NCBI GenBank assembly: GCA_016235455.1
Contig: JACRKZ010000069.1
Location: forward strand, 19,775-83,774
Source of the DNA: Armatimonadota bacterium
GTDB taxonomy: Bacteria; Armatimonadota; UBA10988
Length of the DNA stretch: 64,000 nt
Direction of reading: 5' to 3'
This document shows, one piece after another, positions 45,283-53,900 of the stretch (positions are counted from its first letter, which is position 1; each line of letters starts with the position of its first letter). Both the position numbers and the translations under genes were made by a program. The notes beneath the pieces were generated by a model. The model saw only the letters and a program-made list of their open reading frames with translations, ran no database searches and was not told the DNA's origin.

Positions 45283-46758
45283 TCAGTCCACCCGGTGGTA
45301 GACCAGGCGCACCGTGCGCGTGGGAGTCGTGCTTTCCTGGCCGTCAGTCGCCGTCTCGGCCGACGTCGTGCCGGCCGCTCCCGGGTCAGCCGCGCTTGCC
45401 GTGCGGGCCATCTCCACCAGCACGACCGCGGTCACGCGGCGTTGCACTGCCTCTTGCCCTTGCCCGACCCAACCCGTAGCCACCAGTTTGACCGTTTGGC
45501 CTCGTGTGGTCAGCCAGGGCGCCACGCGCTCGAACTGCTCGTTGGTTACTTCTGTCAGACCCAACAGATCGCCCACGGTTTCAAACGGGGTCTGTTCACG
45601 CGCCTGCACCACGGCCTGGGCCGTGGCCTCGTCCATCCCGGGCAGCACGGCGAGAATCTCGGGCGCGGCGGTGTTCAGGTTGACCAGCCCCAGCACCCGC
45701 TGATCGGACGACATGGTCAGTCGGTCGTAGATCTTCTGGAGTTTGGCGCGGTCAAGCACCCGGAGCAGCCCCGCGACGGGCTTGGCAGCCCCGCCGGGCG
45801 GCGTTGGGTCAGCCTCGGCCGAGTCAGCGCCCGTGTCCAGCCCTGGGGGAGTCGGCGCGTTGGTCTCTGGCATGGCTGGTGTGCCGGACGCGGGCGAGGC
45901 CGGCGCCGTCGGCAGCCCGGTGTTGGGGTCCGTGGTCGGGCCGGCGTTGCCCCGGGCCGACTCCTTGGCCCAGTTTGCGATGCTTGTTGCTTCGGCCTCG
46001 GTCAGATCGTCGCCGAAGGCCTGTAGGAGCGCCTGGGCCGTGGCGGTGGTGAGGTCGATGCGCGTCTGTCCCGCGCCGTCCACGTTGTCCTCGAAGGTGT
46101 CGACAGAGAACAGTTCGGCCAACGGCGTGAGCAGCGGGTCGACCTGTTCGCGCTCGCTCTGATCGGCCAACGGCGAAAGGCCGGTGGCGCCGAAGAACCG
46201 CGCGGGCGTGATGCCTTTGACCAGCAGCAACTCCTCGACTGTCTCCACAGGGCCGTTGCGCGGCGCATGGGGTGGTTGGAGCGTGGTGTAGTAGTCGGCC
46301 TCGGCGCCCTCGGCGCGGGGCAGGTCATCGGTGTCGCGCCAGTCGAGGATGGCGTCAACCAACTCCGGCTCCTGGGGCAGCAGCTTGGTGAGCAGTTGCT
46401 CAGGCACCTCATTGATGTCCATGCGCGCGGATTCGTCGAGCCCCTCGACCGTGAACCCTTCGCCCTGCGGGGCCAGTTCCGGCTCGTCGGTGCTGTCCAG
46501 GTGGAGCACCACCGGCTGGCCGGAATCGGCCTCGGCGACCAGGCTGATGTAGCGTTCAGGCCGGTCGCGCAACTGCAGTACGGCGCGCTGCAGGCCGCTC
46601 TCGGCCAGCCACTGGGCCTGCACGCGCCGTTCCTCGCCAGCGGCCAGGAGGCTCTCGGTGCGCACGGCGAAGGCCAGGCTGGCGGTCAGGGCGATGAGAA
46701 TCGCCAGAACCACCAACGTGGCCAGCAGTGCCATGCCGCGCTGTCTACTTCGTCGCAC
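45283..46758 (-). CDS. gspK: Minor pseudopilin GspK-like
   Basis: GTG at 46758 lies 6 nt after GAGGTG. RRSRQRGMALLATLVVLAILIAL, then DESARMDIN and the helix-hairpin-helix motif LNTAAPEILAVLPGMDEATAQAVV, typical of GspK. Confidence 0.75.
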   Translation of the reverse strand: MRRSRQRGMALLATLVVLAILIALTASLAFAVRTESLLAAGEERRVQAQWLAESGLQRAVLQLRDRPERYISLVAEADSGQPVVLHLDSTDEPELAPQGEGFTVEGLDESARMDINEVPEQLLTKLLPQEPELVDAILDWRDTDDLPRAEGAEADYYTTLQPPHAPRNGPVETVEELLLVKGITPARFFGATGLSPLADQSEREQVDPLLTPLAELFSVDTFEDNVDGAGQTRIDLTTATAQALLQAFGDDLTEAEATSIANWAKESARGNAGPTTDPNTGLPTAPASPASGTPAMPETNAPTPPGLDTGADSAEADPTPPGGAAKPVAGLLRVLDRAKLQKIYDRLTMSSDQRVLGLVNLNTAAPEILAVLPGMDEATAQAVVQAREQTPFETVGDLLGLTEVTNEQFERVAPWLTTRGQTVKLVATGWVGQGQEAVQRRVTAVVLVEMARTASAADPGAAGTTSAETATDGQESTTPTRTVRLVYHRVD

Positions 46759-47812
46759 CAGTGTCACCTCGTGGCCTCGTGCCACCACCGCCCAGACCGC
46801 CGGGAATCATGCCGCCCGGCAGCGTGCCGCCGGCGCCGGGGGGCGCACCAGGCGAGGTGCCGGCGGTCGCGGCAGGATCCTGCACGCCGCCGGCATCGCC
46901 CTTGGCGCTGGGTCGATAGCGTGCGGCGCGCAGGGGCAGCCGCACGGTCAATGAGACGATCTCCTCCATCGCTTCGGGCCGGTCGGGGGTCAGGCCGAGC
47001 TTGACCGCCACCGCCACGGGCACCTGCTGCAGGTCTTGCCAGTCGAGGCACCAGCCCTGCGCGTCGGCGCCCTCGCGTTCGGTGTCCGTGTAATAGCGTA
47101 CGTCAAACGACGTGGCCATGGGTGCCAGTTCCGTGACTTCAGGCTGCGATTCGGTGCCAGTCAGGCCCGGCTGCCAGTTAATCACGCGGACCAGGCCGCG
47201 CTCCGGCGTGGCGTCGTCGAGGTCGAGCTTGTACAGCACTTCGGCCAGATCGCCGCGGCCGGGGCTGAGTCGGTCGGCGCGCGACGAGGTCGAGGCGCCA
47301 CTGACCGTCGCGGTGAAGCGCACCACATCCTGCGGCCGGCTATCGTTGCCGGCGTGGTCCTCGCCGACGAACGTCACGCCCGCCTGCTGCTGGGTTGTGG
47401 TGGTGCCGGTCGAGGCGGTCGAGGTGCCCGTGGTGGCGGCGTCGGTCTCCGCGCTCTGGGTGATCTGGATGGGGTGCAGGCTGGCCAAGTCGCGCCGCAT
47501 CTGGTCCAGGGCGATGCGCGCGGTCTGGTCGAGCTCGCTGCGGCGCTCAAGCGTCGTCAGGTTGCGCGTCGTGGCCGAGAACACGCCGAAGACCGCCCCG
47601 AGGACGATGACGGTCAGCGCTAGCGCAACGATGAGCTCGACGAGGGTGAGCCCGTGCGCCCGCCCGCGCCACCTGCTCCACCGCCGGGCAAGCCCATGCC
47701 TGGCGTGGCGCCGGCCGCCGCGCCGGATGCCGCCGACTCCGCGTCGGACGTTGTCGACGCTGCTTCGGACGTTGCCGACGACCCTGTGTTCAGCACACCT
47801 GGGGCAACACAT
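46745..47812 (-). CDS. gspJ: Minor pseudopilin GspJ-like; start uncertain
   Basis: Prepilin-type segment RAHGLTLVELIVALALTVIVLGAVF. The only canonical in-frame start upstream of it is the ATG at 47812, which overlaps gspI by about 190 nt. Confidence 0.65.
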   Translation of the reverse strand: MCCPRCAEHRVVGNVRSSVDNVRRGVGGIRRGGRRHARHGLARRWSRWRGRAHGLTLVELIVALALTVIVLGAVFGVFSATTRNLTTLERRSELDQTARIALDQMRRDLASLHPIQITQSAETDAATTGTSTASTGTTTTQQQAGVTFVGEDHAGNDSRPQDVVRFTATVSGASTSSRADRLSPGRGDLAEVLYKLDLDDATPERGLVRVINWQPGLTGTESQPEVTELAPMATSFDVRYYTDTEREGADAQGWCLDWQDLQQVPVAVAVKLGLTPDRPEAMEEIVSLTVRLPLRAARYRPSAKGDAGGVQDPAATAGTSPGAPPGAGGTLPGGMIPGGLGGGGTRPRGDTGATK

Positions 47813-48165
47813 GCGCTCAGATCCACTCCCTGCTCGCGCGAGCCGCTGCGCCAGTTGACGGTCATCGTCAGCTTCAGCAGCCCATCGGTCTCCGTGTTCT
47901 CAATGCGCTGCTTCCAGGAGAAGCGCGAGTTTTCGGCGCCGAAATCGCCCTCGTCGCTGCCGGGCTGGAGGTCGGTCTGCACGGACAGTTCGTTGAGCTT
48001 GGACTCCGCCAGCCGCAGCGCCTCGGCACGGTCGCGGTTGTCGCGCGAGCGCGACTCGCACTGCGCCACCACCTGCAACACGCCGACGAACCCGATGGCC
48101 AGCACGGCCACCGCTACCAGCACTTCCAGGAGTGTGAAGCCGCTCTGGCGGCAGCTCCGGGTCAT
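47620..48165 (-). CDS. gspI: Minor pseudopilin GspI-like with a Ser/Ala/Gly-rich tail
   Basis: MTRSCRQSGFTLLEVLVAVAVLAIGF prepilin N-terminus. The ATG overlaps the gspH stop (ATGA). Confidence 0.75.
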   Translation of the reverse strand: MTRSCRQSGFTLLEVLVAVAVLAIGFVGVLQVVAQCESRSRDNRDRAEALRLAESKLNELSVQTDLQPGSDEGDFGAENSRFSWKQRIENTETDGLLKLTMTVNWRSGSREQGVDLSACVAPGVLNTGSSATSEAASTTSDAESAASGAAAGATPGMGLPGGGAGGAGGRTGSPSSSSSLR

Positions 48166-48743
48166 GAGCCAGACTCCGCGGCGCGCAGCAGTTCCTGATA
48201 GTCTTGCCCATCTGACGCCGAGAGCACACGCGCGGTGCCCAGAGTCGGCTCCACACGCACAATGAGTCGCTCGTCGCGCCGGTCGGCGATGACCACGAAC
48301 CAGTCCTCACCGCGGCCGTCGGGGCTGAACATCACGCTCTGGGCCGGCTTGGACCCGCGCGCCGCCGACCGCGCGAAGCGCACGCCGTCGGGCAGGGCGC
48401 GCGGCAGGCCACCGGCGTGGGTATCAGCGTGCCACTGCGGCTCGCTCTCGGGCTCCACCGTCGTCAGTTCAGACACTCGGCTGAGGCCAGTGTCCGCATC
48501 AATCTCGAAGCGGGCATGCGTGTTGTGGCGGACGGCGATCTCGCGAGCGTAGCGCATCTGACTGACCACGCCACGCGCGCCCGCGCGCAACCGACTGGCA
48601 GCGCCGTAGTTGCCCAGGCTGGGCAGGATGGCGCCGGTCATGACGACAATCAGCGCCAGCACCACCAGCAGCTCGATGAGCGTCAGCCCGCTACGCCGCG
48701 GGCGCTGGCGATTACTTCTTGGCGCCGTCCAGGTCCCAGACAC
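48162..48743 (-). CDS. gspH: Minor pseudopilin GspH-like; start uncertain
   Basis: RRSGLTLIELLVVLALIVVMTGAIL. GTG at 48743 lies 5 nt after AGGA; alternatives are at 48773 and 48785. It overlaps the gspG 3' end. Confidence 0.7.
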   Translation of the reverse strand: MSGTWTAPRSNRQRPRRSGLTLIELLVVLALIVVMTGAILPSLGNYGAASRLRAGARGVVSQMRYAREIAVRHNTHARFEIDADTGLSRVSELTTVEPESEPQWHADTHAGGLPRALPDGVRFARSAARGSKPAQSVMFSPDGRGEDWFVVIADRRDERLIVRVEPTLGTARVLSASDGQDYQELLRAAESGS

Positions 48744-49194
48744 TGATGTCCTGATCCTTGGCACTGGTGCCACCGGCCTTCCCATCGGCACCAACGCATC
48801 TGATGTCGTAATCGTGCCCGTCGGGCCCGGGGCACACGTACTGGTACTCATGGCCCCACGGATCGTTGAAGTTCTTGCGCTGCAGGAAGGGGCCGCCGCC
48901 GGCGCGCCACTTGGCCTGCTTGTCCGAGTCCAGCCCCTCGGGCGCGAACAGCGCCTTGAGGCCCTGCTCGGTGGTCGGGAACTCGGCCATGGCGTTGTTG
49001 TACGCCTCAAGTGCCGTGGACAGCGTCTGCAGGTCGGACTTGGCCCGGCTCACCCGCGCCTGGTCGGCCTTGTTGGCCACGTAGAAGGTGATGCTACCGG
49101 CCAGAATGACCAGGATCACCATCACCACCAGCAACTCGATCAGCGTCAACGCCGCATGGCGGCGTCGGCTGCGCATCCGAACCATCATCATCAT
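48712..49194 (-). CDS. gspG: Major pseudopilin GspG-like
   Basis: RRRHAALTLIELLVVMVILVILAG, then ...AKSDLQTLSTALEAYNN...FNDPWGHEYQY, typical of GspG. Four tandem ATG codons follow GGGGAAG. Confidence 0.85.
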   Translation of the reverse strand: MMMMVRMRSRRRHAALTLIELLVVMVILVILAGSITFYVANKADQARVSRAKSDLQTLSTALEAYNNAMAEFPTTEQGLKALFAPEGLDSDKQAKWRAGGGPFLQRKNFNDPWGHEYQYVCPGPDGHDYDIRCVGADGKAGGTSAKDQDISVWDLDGAKK

Positions 49195-49224
49195 CTTCCC
49201 CAGGTCCGCTCGCGTCCTGCGCGG

Positions 49225-49254
49225 ACACTAGCACCGGGCTGCCCCTCAGGTCAA
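49225..49254 (-). promoter_or_regulatory. Possible promoter TTGACC-N18-TAGTGT ahead of gspG
   Basis: Minus strand: TTGACC (49254-49249, overlapping the queE stop) and TAGTGT (49230-49225). Confidence 0.25.
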
Positions 49255-49967
49255 GCCGCGTTCTCTTGCGTGCCCTTCACCGCCGCCGGCCACAAGAGCC
49301 GATGCTGCTGCAGCCCCAGGGTGGCTGGGCAGCGGTCCGCCAGCATCCACGCCGCCAGCTGGCCGGGCAGCGGCCAGCTGGCCATATCGCCCCGGAATGC
49401 CGCGGGGGTCACCGGCGAGAAGCCCACCGGCACGCGATCAAACAGCCCGTGCTCCACACACAGCCCCACGGCCCAGTCGTAGTCGCCGCGGTCGGCGATG
49501 ACGAACTTGACCTCATCGCGCCCCGCGACCAGCCTGGCCAGGTTGCTCAGGTCCATGCGCTCGCTTTGGCCGCTGGCGGGGCACTTGAGGTCCAGCGCGA
49601 CATGAACGCGCTCGTCGATGTTGTTGACGCCAAGGCTGCCCGATGTGTTCAGCACGACCTCGTAGCCGGCGTCGCACAGGGCGGTCAGCAGGTCCGGCGT
49701 GGCCGGCTGCCCCAACGGCTCGCCGCCCGTGACCTCCACCAGCGAGGTGCCCATCTGGGCCACCTGCGCCAGGATCGCGGCCAGGCTGTGGCGCACTGGC
49801 GGATCCATCTCACCCGCTTTCCAGGCGTAGGTGGTGTCGCACCACACACACGACAGATTGCAGCCCGCCAGTCTGACAAATGCACAGACGCGCCCAACGC
49901 GCGAACCTTCTCCCTGTAGACTGAGGAAGAACTCGGTGACAGCCAAAGTACGGGTGAGATCGGGCAT
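49251..49967 (-). CDS. queE: 7-carboxy-7-deazaguanine synthase (radical SAM) QueE
   Basis: EFFLSLQGEGSRVGRVCAFVRLAGCNLSCVWCDT, with the CxxxCxxC-type cluster in QueE context, then EVTGGEPL. Confidence 0.85.
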   Translation of the reverse strand: MPDLTRTLAVTEFFLSLQGEGSRVGRVCAFVRLAGCNLSCVWCDTTYAWKAGEMDPPVRHSLAAILAQVAQMGTSLVEVTGGEPLGQPATPDLLTALCDAGYEVVLNTSGSLGVNNIDERVHVALDLKCPASGQSERMDLSNLARLVAGRDEVKFVIADRGDYDWAVGLCVEHGLFDRVPVGFSPVTPAAFRGDMASWPLPGQLAAWMLADRCPATLGLQQHRLLWPAAVKGTQENAA

Positions 49968-49979
49968 TCGTCACATGGT

Positions 49980-50057
49980 GCCACCCGCTGGTCTGGTGTC
50001 AAGCGGGTGGCGCGCCGGTTTTGCGCTCGGGTCGCGGCCGTGGGGCGCGCCACCCGC
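49980..50057 (-). promoter_or_regulatory. Leader with three copies of an 8-mer allowing mutually exclusive hairpins upstream of queE
   Basis: CCACCCGC occurs at 49981-49988 and 50050-50057. Its complement GCGGGTGG at 50003-50010 can pair with either. 50003-50016 and 50044-50057 form a perfect 14-bp inverted repeat. Confidence 0.3.
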
Positions 50058-50155
50058 CATGCTCCGCCAATGCTTTTCGTCAAAATGTCGCGCCGAATCG
50101 GCCAAAGGACTGCCGGCTCGCGGTGTGAACTTGGAGCGCGGATAGGAGTCTCTCA

Positions 50156-52360
50156 ATGCGACAACTGCGTTGGGCGGTGCTGGCGACGATCCTGGCGGGC
50201 ACGATGGTGTCGGCGCAGGGCTACAAGCTGGCGCCGGGCCCGATCAAGACGCGCTGGGCTGCGAAGGTCTCGCCGACCAACTGCCTGCCCGAATACCCGC
50301 GCCCGACCATGGCTCGTGAGGCGTGGAGCAATCTCAACGGTCTGTGGGACTACGCCATCGCCGCCAAGGCCGACGCGCAGCCGACGGCTTTCGAGGGCAA
50401 GATTCTGGTGCCGTACGCTGTCGAGTCGCAGCTGTCGGGCGTGGGCCGGGCGGTGCAGCCCGACCAGAAGCTGTGGTACCACCGCAGCTTCAATGTGCCC
50501 GGCTCGTGGCGCGGCAAGCGCGTGCTGCTGCACTTTGGCGCGGTCGACTGGGACACCACGGTACTGGTCAACGGCCAACAGGTGGCCACGCACCGCGGCG
50601 GCTACGACGGCTTCTCAGCCGACATCACCAAGGCGCTGGCCACGGGTGCGGCGCAGGAGCTGGTGGTGGCGGTGACCGATCCGACCACGGCAGGTCCGCA
50701 GCCGCGCGGCAAGCAGACGCTCAAGCCCGGCGGCATCTTCTACACGCCGACCACGGGCATCTGGCAGACGGTGTGGATGGAGCCGGTGGCCGAGAAGGGC
50801 ATCGATGCGCTCAAGATGGCGCCCGATGTGGCCGGCTCATGCCTCAAGCTGACCGTCACCGCCGGTGCCGAGTCCGTCCGCGCCCTGGCCTATGACGGTA
50901 ACCGCGTCGTGGGCCGCATCGACGGCGCGCCCGGCACCGAGTTGAAGGTGCCTGTGCCCAACCCCAAGCTGTGGTCACCCGACAGCCCCACGCTGTACCG
51001 CCTGGTGGTCAGCTCGCTGGTTGGCGGCAAGGAGATCGACAAGGTCGACAGCTACTTCGGGATGCGCTCGGTCAGCCTGGGCAAGGACGACAAGGGCGTC
51101 TTGCGGCCGATGCTCAACGGCAAGTTCATCTTCCAGGTCGGCTTCCTCGACCAGGGCTTCTGGCCCGATGGCATCTACACCGCGCCGACCGACGAAGCGC
51201 TGCGCTGGGACATCGAGACGAGCAAGAAGCTGGGCATGAACATGGCCCGCAAGCACGTCAAGGTGGAGCCCGAGCGCTGGTACTACTGGTGCGACAAGCT
51301 GGGCCTGCTGGTCTGGCAGGACATGCCCAGCCCGTTCTCGACCACCGACGAGGCCAAGGCCATCTATGAGAAGGAACTGCGGGCGATGATCGCCGGCCGC
51401 TACAACCATCCCAGCATCTACCTGTGGGTGGTGTTCAACGAAGGCTGGGGCCAGCATGACACGCCCGCGCGGGTGGACCTGGTTCGCCAGCTCGACTCCA
51501 CGCGCCTGATCAACAACGCCAGCGGTTGGACCGACGCCAAATGCGGTGACGTGATCGACATGCACAACTACCCCGGTCCTGGCTCGCCCAAGCCCGAGGA
51601 GACGCGTGCCGCGGTGCTGGGCGAGTTCGGCGGACTGGGTCTGGGCCTCAAGGACCACGTCTGGACCGCGGACGGCTGGGGCTATCGTGCGGCCGTGACC
51701 CGCGAGAAGCTGACCAGCGACTACGTCAAGCTGCTGCGGAAGGCCTACCAGCTCCGCGACGAGGCCGGCCTGTCGGCCGTCGTCTACACGCAGACCACGG
51801 ACTGCGAGATGGAGATCAACGGTCTGATCACCTACGATCGCGAGATCATCAAGCCCGACGTGGAAACCGTTTCGAAGGCCAACCGCGGCATCTTCCCGCC
51901 GGCGCCCAAGGAAGTGACCATCGTGCCGGCGTCCGACGTGGCGCCGCAGACCTGGCGCTATACGACCACCAAGCCCAACGACGGCTGGCAGTCGGCGACG
52001 TTCGACGACGCGGGCTGGAAGGAAGGCCCTGGCGGCTTCGGCACGGTCGGCACGCCCGGCGCCAAAGTGGGCACCGAGTGGCGCACGAGCGACATCTGGC
52101 TACGCCGCGCCGTCGACCTGCCCAAGGTCGACTTCAAGGGCCTGGCGCTGCGTCTGCACCACGACGAAGATGCTGAGGTGTTCGTCAACGGCACGCAGAT
52201 CTTCAGCATCGGCGGGTACACCTCGGAGTATGAGCTGCAGGCCCTGGACAAGGCGGCCATGGCAGCCTTCAAGCCCGGCCGCAACGTGCTCGCCGTACAC
52301 TGCAAGCAGACCATGGGCGGTCAGTACATCGACCTGGGGCTGACGGACCTGGTGCCCTAA
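50156..52360 (+). CDS. Secreted GH2 family glycoside hydrolase
   Basis: AGGAG RBS. Signal peptide MRQLRWAVLATILAGTMVSAQG. LLHFGAVDWDTTVLVNGQQVATHRGGYDGFSADIT. TIM barrel MARKHVKVEPERWYYWCDKLGLLVWQDMP...VVFNEGWG. Confidence 0.8.
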   Translation: MRQLRWAVLATILAGTMVSAQGYKLAPGPIKTRWAAKVSPTNCLPEYPRPTMAREAWSNLNGLWDYAIAAKADAQPTAFEGKILVPYAVESQLSGVGRAVQPDQKLWYHRSFNVPGSWRGKRVLLHFGAVDWDTTVLVNGQQVATHRGGYDGFSADITKALATGAAQELVVAVTDPTTAGPQPRGKQTLKPGGIFYTPTTGIWQTVWMEPVAEKGIDALKMAPDVAGSCLKLTVTAGAESVRALAYDGNRVVGRIDGAPGTELKVPVPNPKLWSPDSPTLYRLVVSSLVGGKEIDKVDSYFGMRSVSLGKDDKGVLRPMLNGKFIFQVGFLDQGFWPDGIYTAPTDEALRWDIETSKKLGMNMARKHVKVEPERWYYWCDKLGLLVWQDMPSPFSTTDEAKAIYEKELRAMIAGRYNHPSIYLWVVFNEGWGQHDTPARVDLVRQLDSTRLINNASGWTDAKCGDVIDMHNYPGPGSPKPEETRAAVLGEFGGLGLGLKDHVWTADGWGYRAAVTREKLTSDYVKLLRKAYQLRDEAGLSAVVYTQTTDCEMEINGLITYDREIIKPDVETVSKANRGIFPPAPKEVTIVPASDVAPQTWRYTTTKPNDGWQSATFDDAGWKEGPGGFGTVGTPGAKVGTEWRTSDIWLRRAVDLPKVDFKGLALRLHHDEDAEVFVNGTQIFSIGGYTSEYELQALDKAAMAAFKPGRNVLAVHCKQTMGGQYIDLGLTDLVP

Positions 52361-52365
52361 GGCTC

Positions 52366-52441
52366 GGCCCTCAATGAAAACGGTGTCAGGACCCGTTTCC
52401 GTACGCGGAAACGGGTCCTGACACCGTTTTCATTGAGGGCC
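52366..52441. terminator. Perfect 36-bp-stem palindrome (4-nt loop) between convergent genes; likely bidirectional terminator or REP-like element
   Basis: GGCCCTCAATGAAAACGGTGTCAGGACCCGTTTCCG tacg CGGAAACGGGTCCTGACACCGTTTTCATTGAGGGCC. Confidence 0.7.
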
Positions 52442-52445
52442 GGAG

Positions 52446-53720
52446 TCACCCGAGCTTGTACATCACCAGCCCGGTGAGCACCTTGGGGTAGAAGTAGGTG
52501 CTCTTCTGGGGCATCAACTCGTGCGCCAGGGCGACGTCGAGGACGCTCTGCAGCGGCGTGGCGCGGAGAATGAAGGACACATCGGCGCCCTCCGCCACGG
52601 CCTCGACGGATTCGGCGGCGGTGTGCACGTAGCTCATCTGCGGCTGGCCGAAGGCGGCTTCCAGGGCCGGCAGCACCAGTCGGTGCAGCACCGAGACGTT
52701 CAGCTCGCGCAGCGCCGGCGAGAGGTCGGCCAGCTCGGTGTCGAGCAGGCTCGGGCTCTTGGGGCGTAGCAGGCCGACGCGGTCGCCGAACAGCACACCC
52801 ACTTCCGACAGGCCGGCGCCCGCGATGTAGCGGTCCAGCGCCTCGCCATCCTTGGGATCCAGGTCCAGCGCCACATACTCGAACTGCCCGCTCAAGGCGT
52901 GGACCAGCCGTTCGGGCGTGCATGACGGCCAGCCGGCGGCGATGCGGTGCGTGGGCATGACGCAGAGCCCGGCATCGCCGGAACCGGTGAGCACGAAGAC
53001 GGTGTAGTTGGCGGGATGATCGTCGGTCAGTTCGCCCGCGTCGGCCAGCGTCTGGCGGTAGCGCAGCATCGTCTCGTAGCGATGGTGGCCATCGGCGATG
53101 AAGATGTCGCGGTCGGCCATGGCGGCGATGACGGCTTCGATGGCGGGCCGCTCGGTGACCGCCCAGACGCGGTTCGACACGCCGTCGGTGCCCAGCGCGA
53201 TCAGGTCGGGCTCACGCTGGCAGAACGGTGCCAACAACCCGATGACCTCGCTCTGCGGGTCGGGGTAGATGCCCAGGTGCTGGCTCAGCACGCACTTGGT
53301 CTGCCGGGTCAACTGGAAGCGATCTTCCTTCGGCCCGCTGAAGGTGCGCTCATGCGGGTGGATGTGGCCGGTGCCCACCGGCTCCAGCCGCACGCGAGCG
53401 ACCAGCGAGCGCCGCGTGTAGGTCTCGTCGCCCCAGGCGTAGACCTGTTCGTAGACGTACAGCGCGGGGCTGGCATCCTCGGCCAGCACGCCCTCGGCCT
53501 GCCACTTGTCCAGCAGCGACGCGGCGATGGCGTAGCGGTTGTTCGGTTCGGCGGGATCGGTCGAGCCCAGGCCGAAGTCGACGTGCACGATGTTGTGCGG
53601 GTCGGCCAGCAGCTTCATGTGCAGCGCGGGCCCAATGACATCGTACGGCGGCGCGGTGACCGACGAGACGTCGGGTGCGGTAGTGTAGCGCAGTGCGCAA
53701 AACGGTGCGATGGTGGCCAT
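52446..53720 (-). CDS. DUF1015 domain-containing protein
   Basis: MATIAPFCALRY...VTAPPYDVI...HPHERTFSGPKEDR...IADGHHRYET are characteristic DUF1015 motifs. Confidence 0.8.
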   Translation of the reverse strand: MATIAPFCALRYTTAPDVSSVTAPPYDVIGPALHMKLLADPHNIVHVDFGLGSTDPAEPNNRYAIAASLLDKWQAEGVLAEDASPALYVYEQVYAWGDETYTRRSLVARVRLEPVGTGHIHPHERTFSGPKEDRFQLTRQTKCVLSQHLGIYPDPQSEVIGLLAPFCQREPDLIALGTDGVSNRVWAVTERPAIEAVIAAMADRDIFIADGHHRYETMLRYRQTLADAGELTDDHPANYTVFVLTGSGDAGLCVMPTHRIAAGWPSCTPERLVHALSGQFEYVALDLDPKDGEALDRYIAGAGLSEVGVLFGDRVGLLRPKSPSLLDTELADLSPALRELNVSVLHRLVLPALEAAFGQPQMSYVHTAAESVEAVAEGADVSFILRATPLQSVLDVALAHELMPQKSTYFYPKVLTGLVMYKLG

Positions 53721-53900
53721 GGCGCGAGGATATCACCCGCCGGAACAGGGGTCAAACGGGGAGGGCTCGCGTCGCTCGCGGAGTGGGGCGTGGGGGCCAT
53801 GCGGCGCGGACGCGCGCTGTCTCGCTCCTCCACGCCCGACGCCTCACCCCCCACGCCGCGACCCCGTTGGTGCTACAATCGCCGTGGAGAGCGACAGCGC

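Noticed and set aside
49968-50155. Canonical preQ1 riboswitch upstream of queE
   Set aside because: There is no short P1 hairpin followed by the A-rich ACAAAAAACTA-type tail of preQ1-I, and I see no preQ1-II or -III signature. Only the alternative-hairpin observation is reported.
53871-53879. TGCTACAAT extended -10-like element before the double-hydrolase gene, and TACAAT at 432-437 before the DUF429-like gene
   Set aside because: There is no acceptable -35 box. For 53871 the predicted transcription start would fall on the RBS, so the evidence is too weak to list as a feature.
52947-53900. 318-codon N-terminal extension of the double-hydrolase ORF
   Set aside because: It is antisense to the DUF1015 gene. 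A well-placed ATG at 53901 with a GGAGAG RBS starts the conserved hydrolase sequence.
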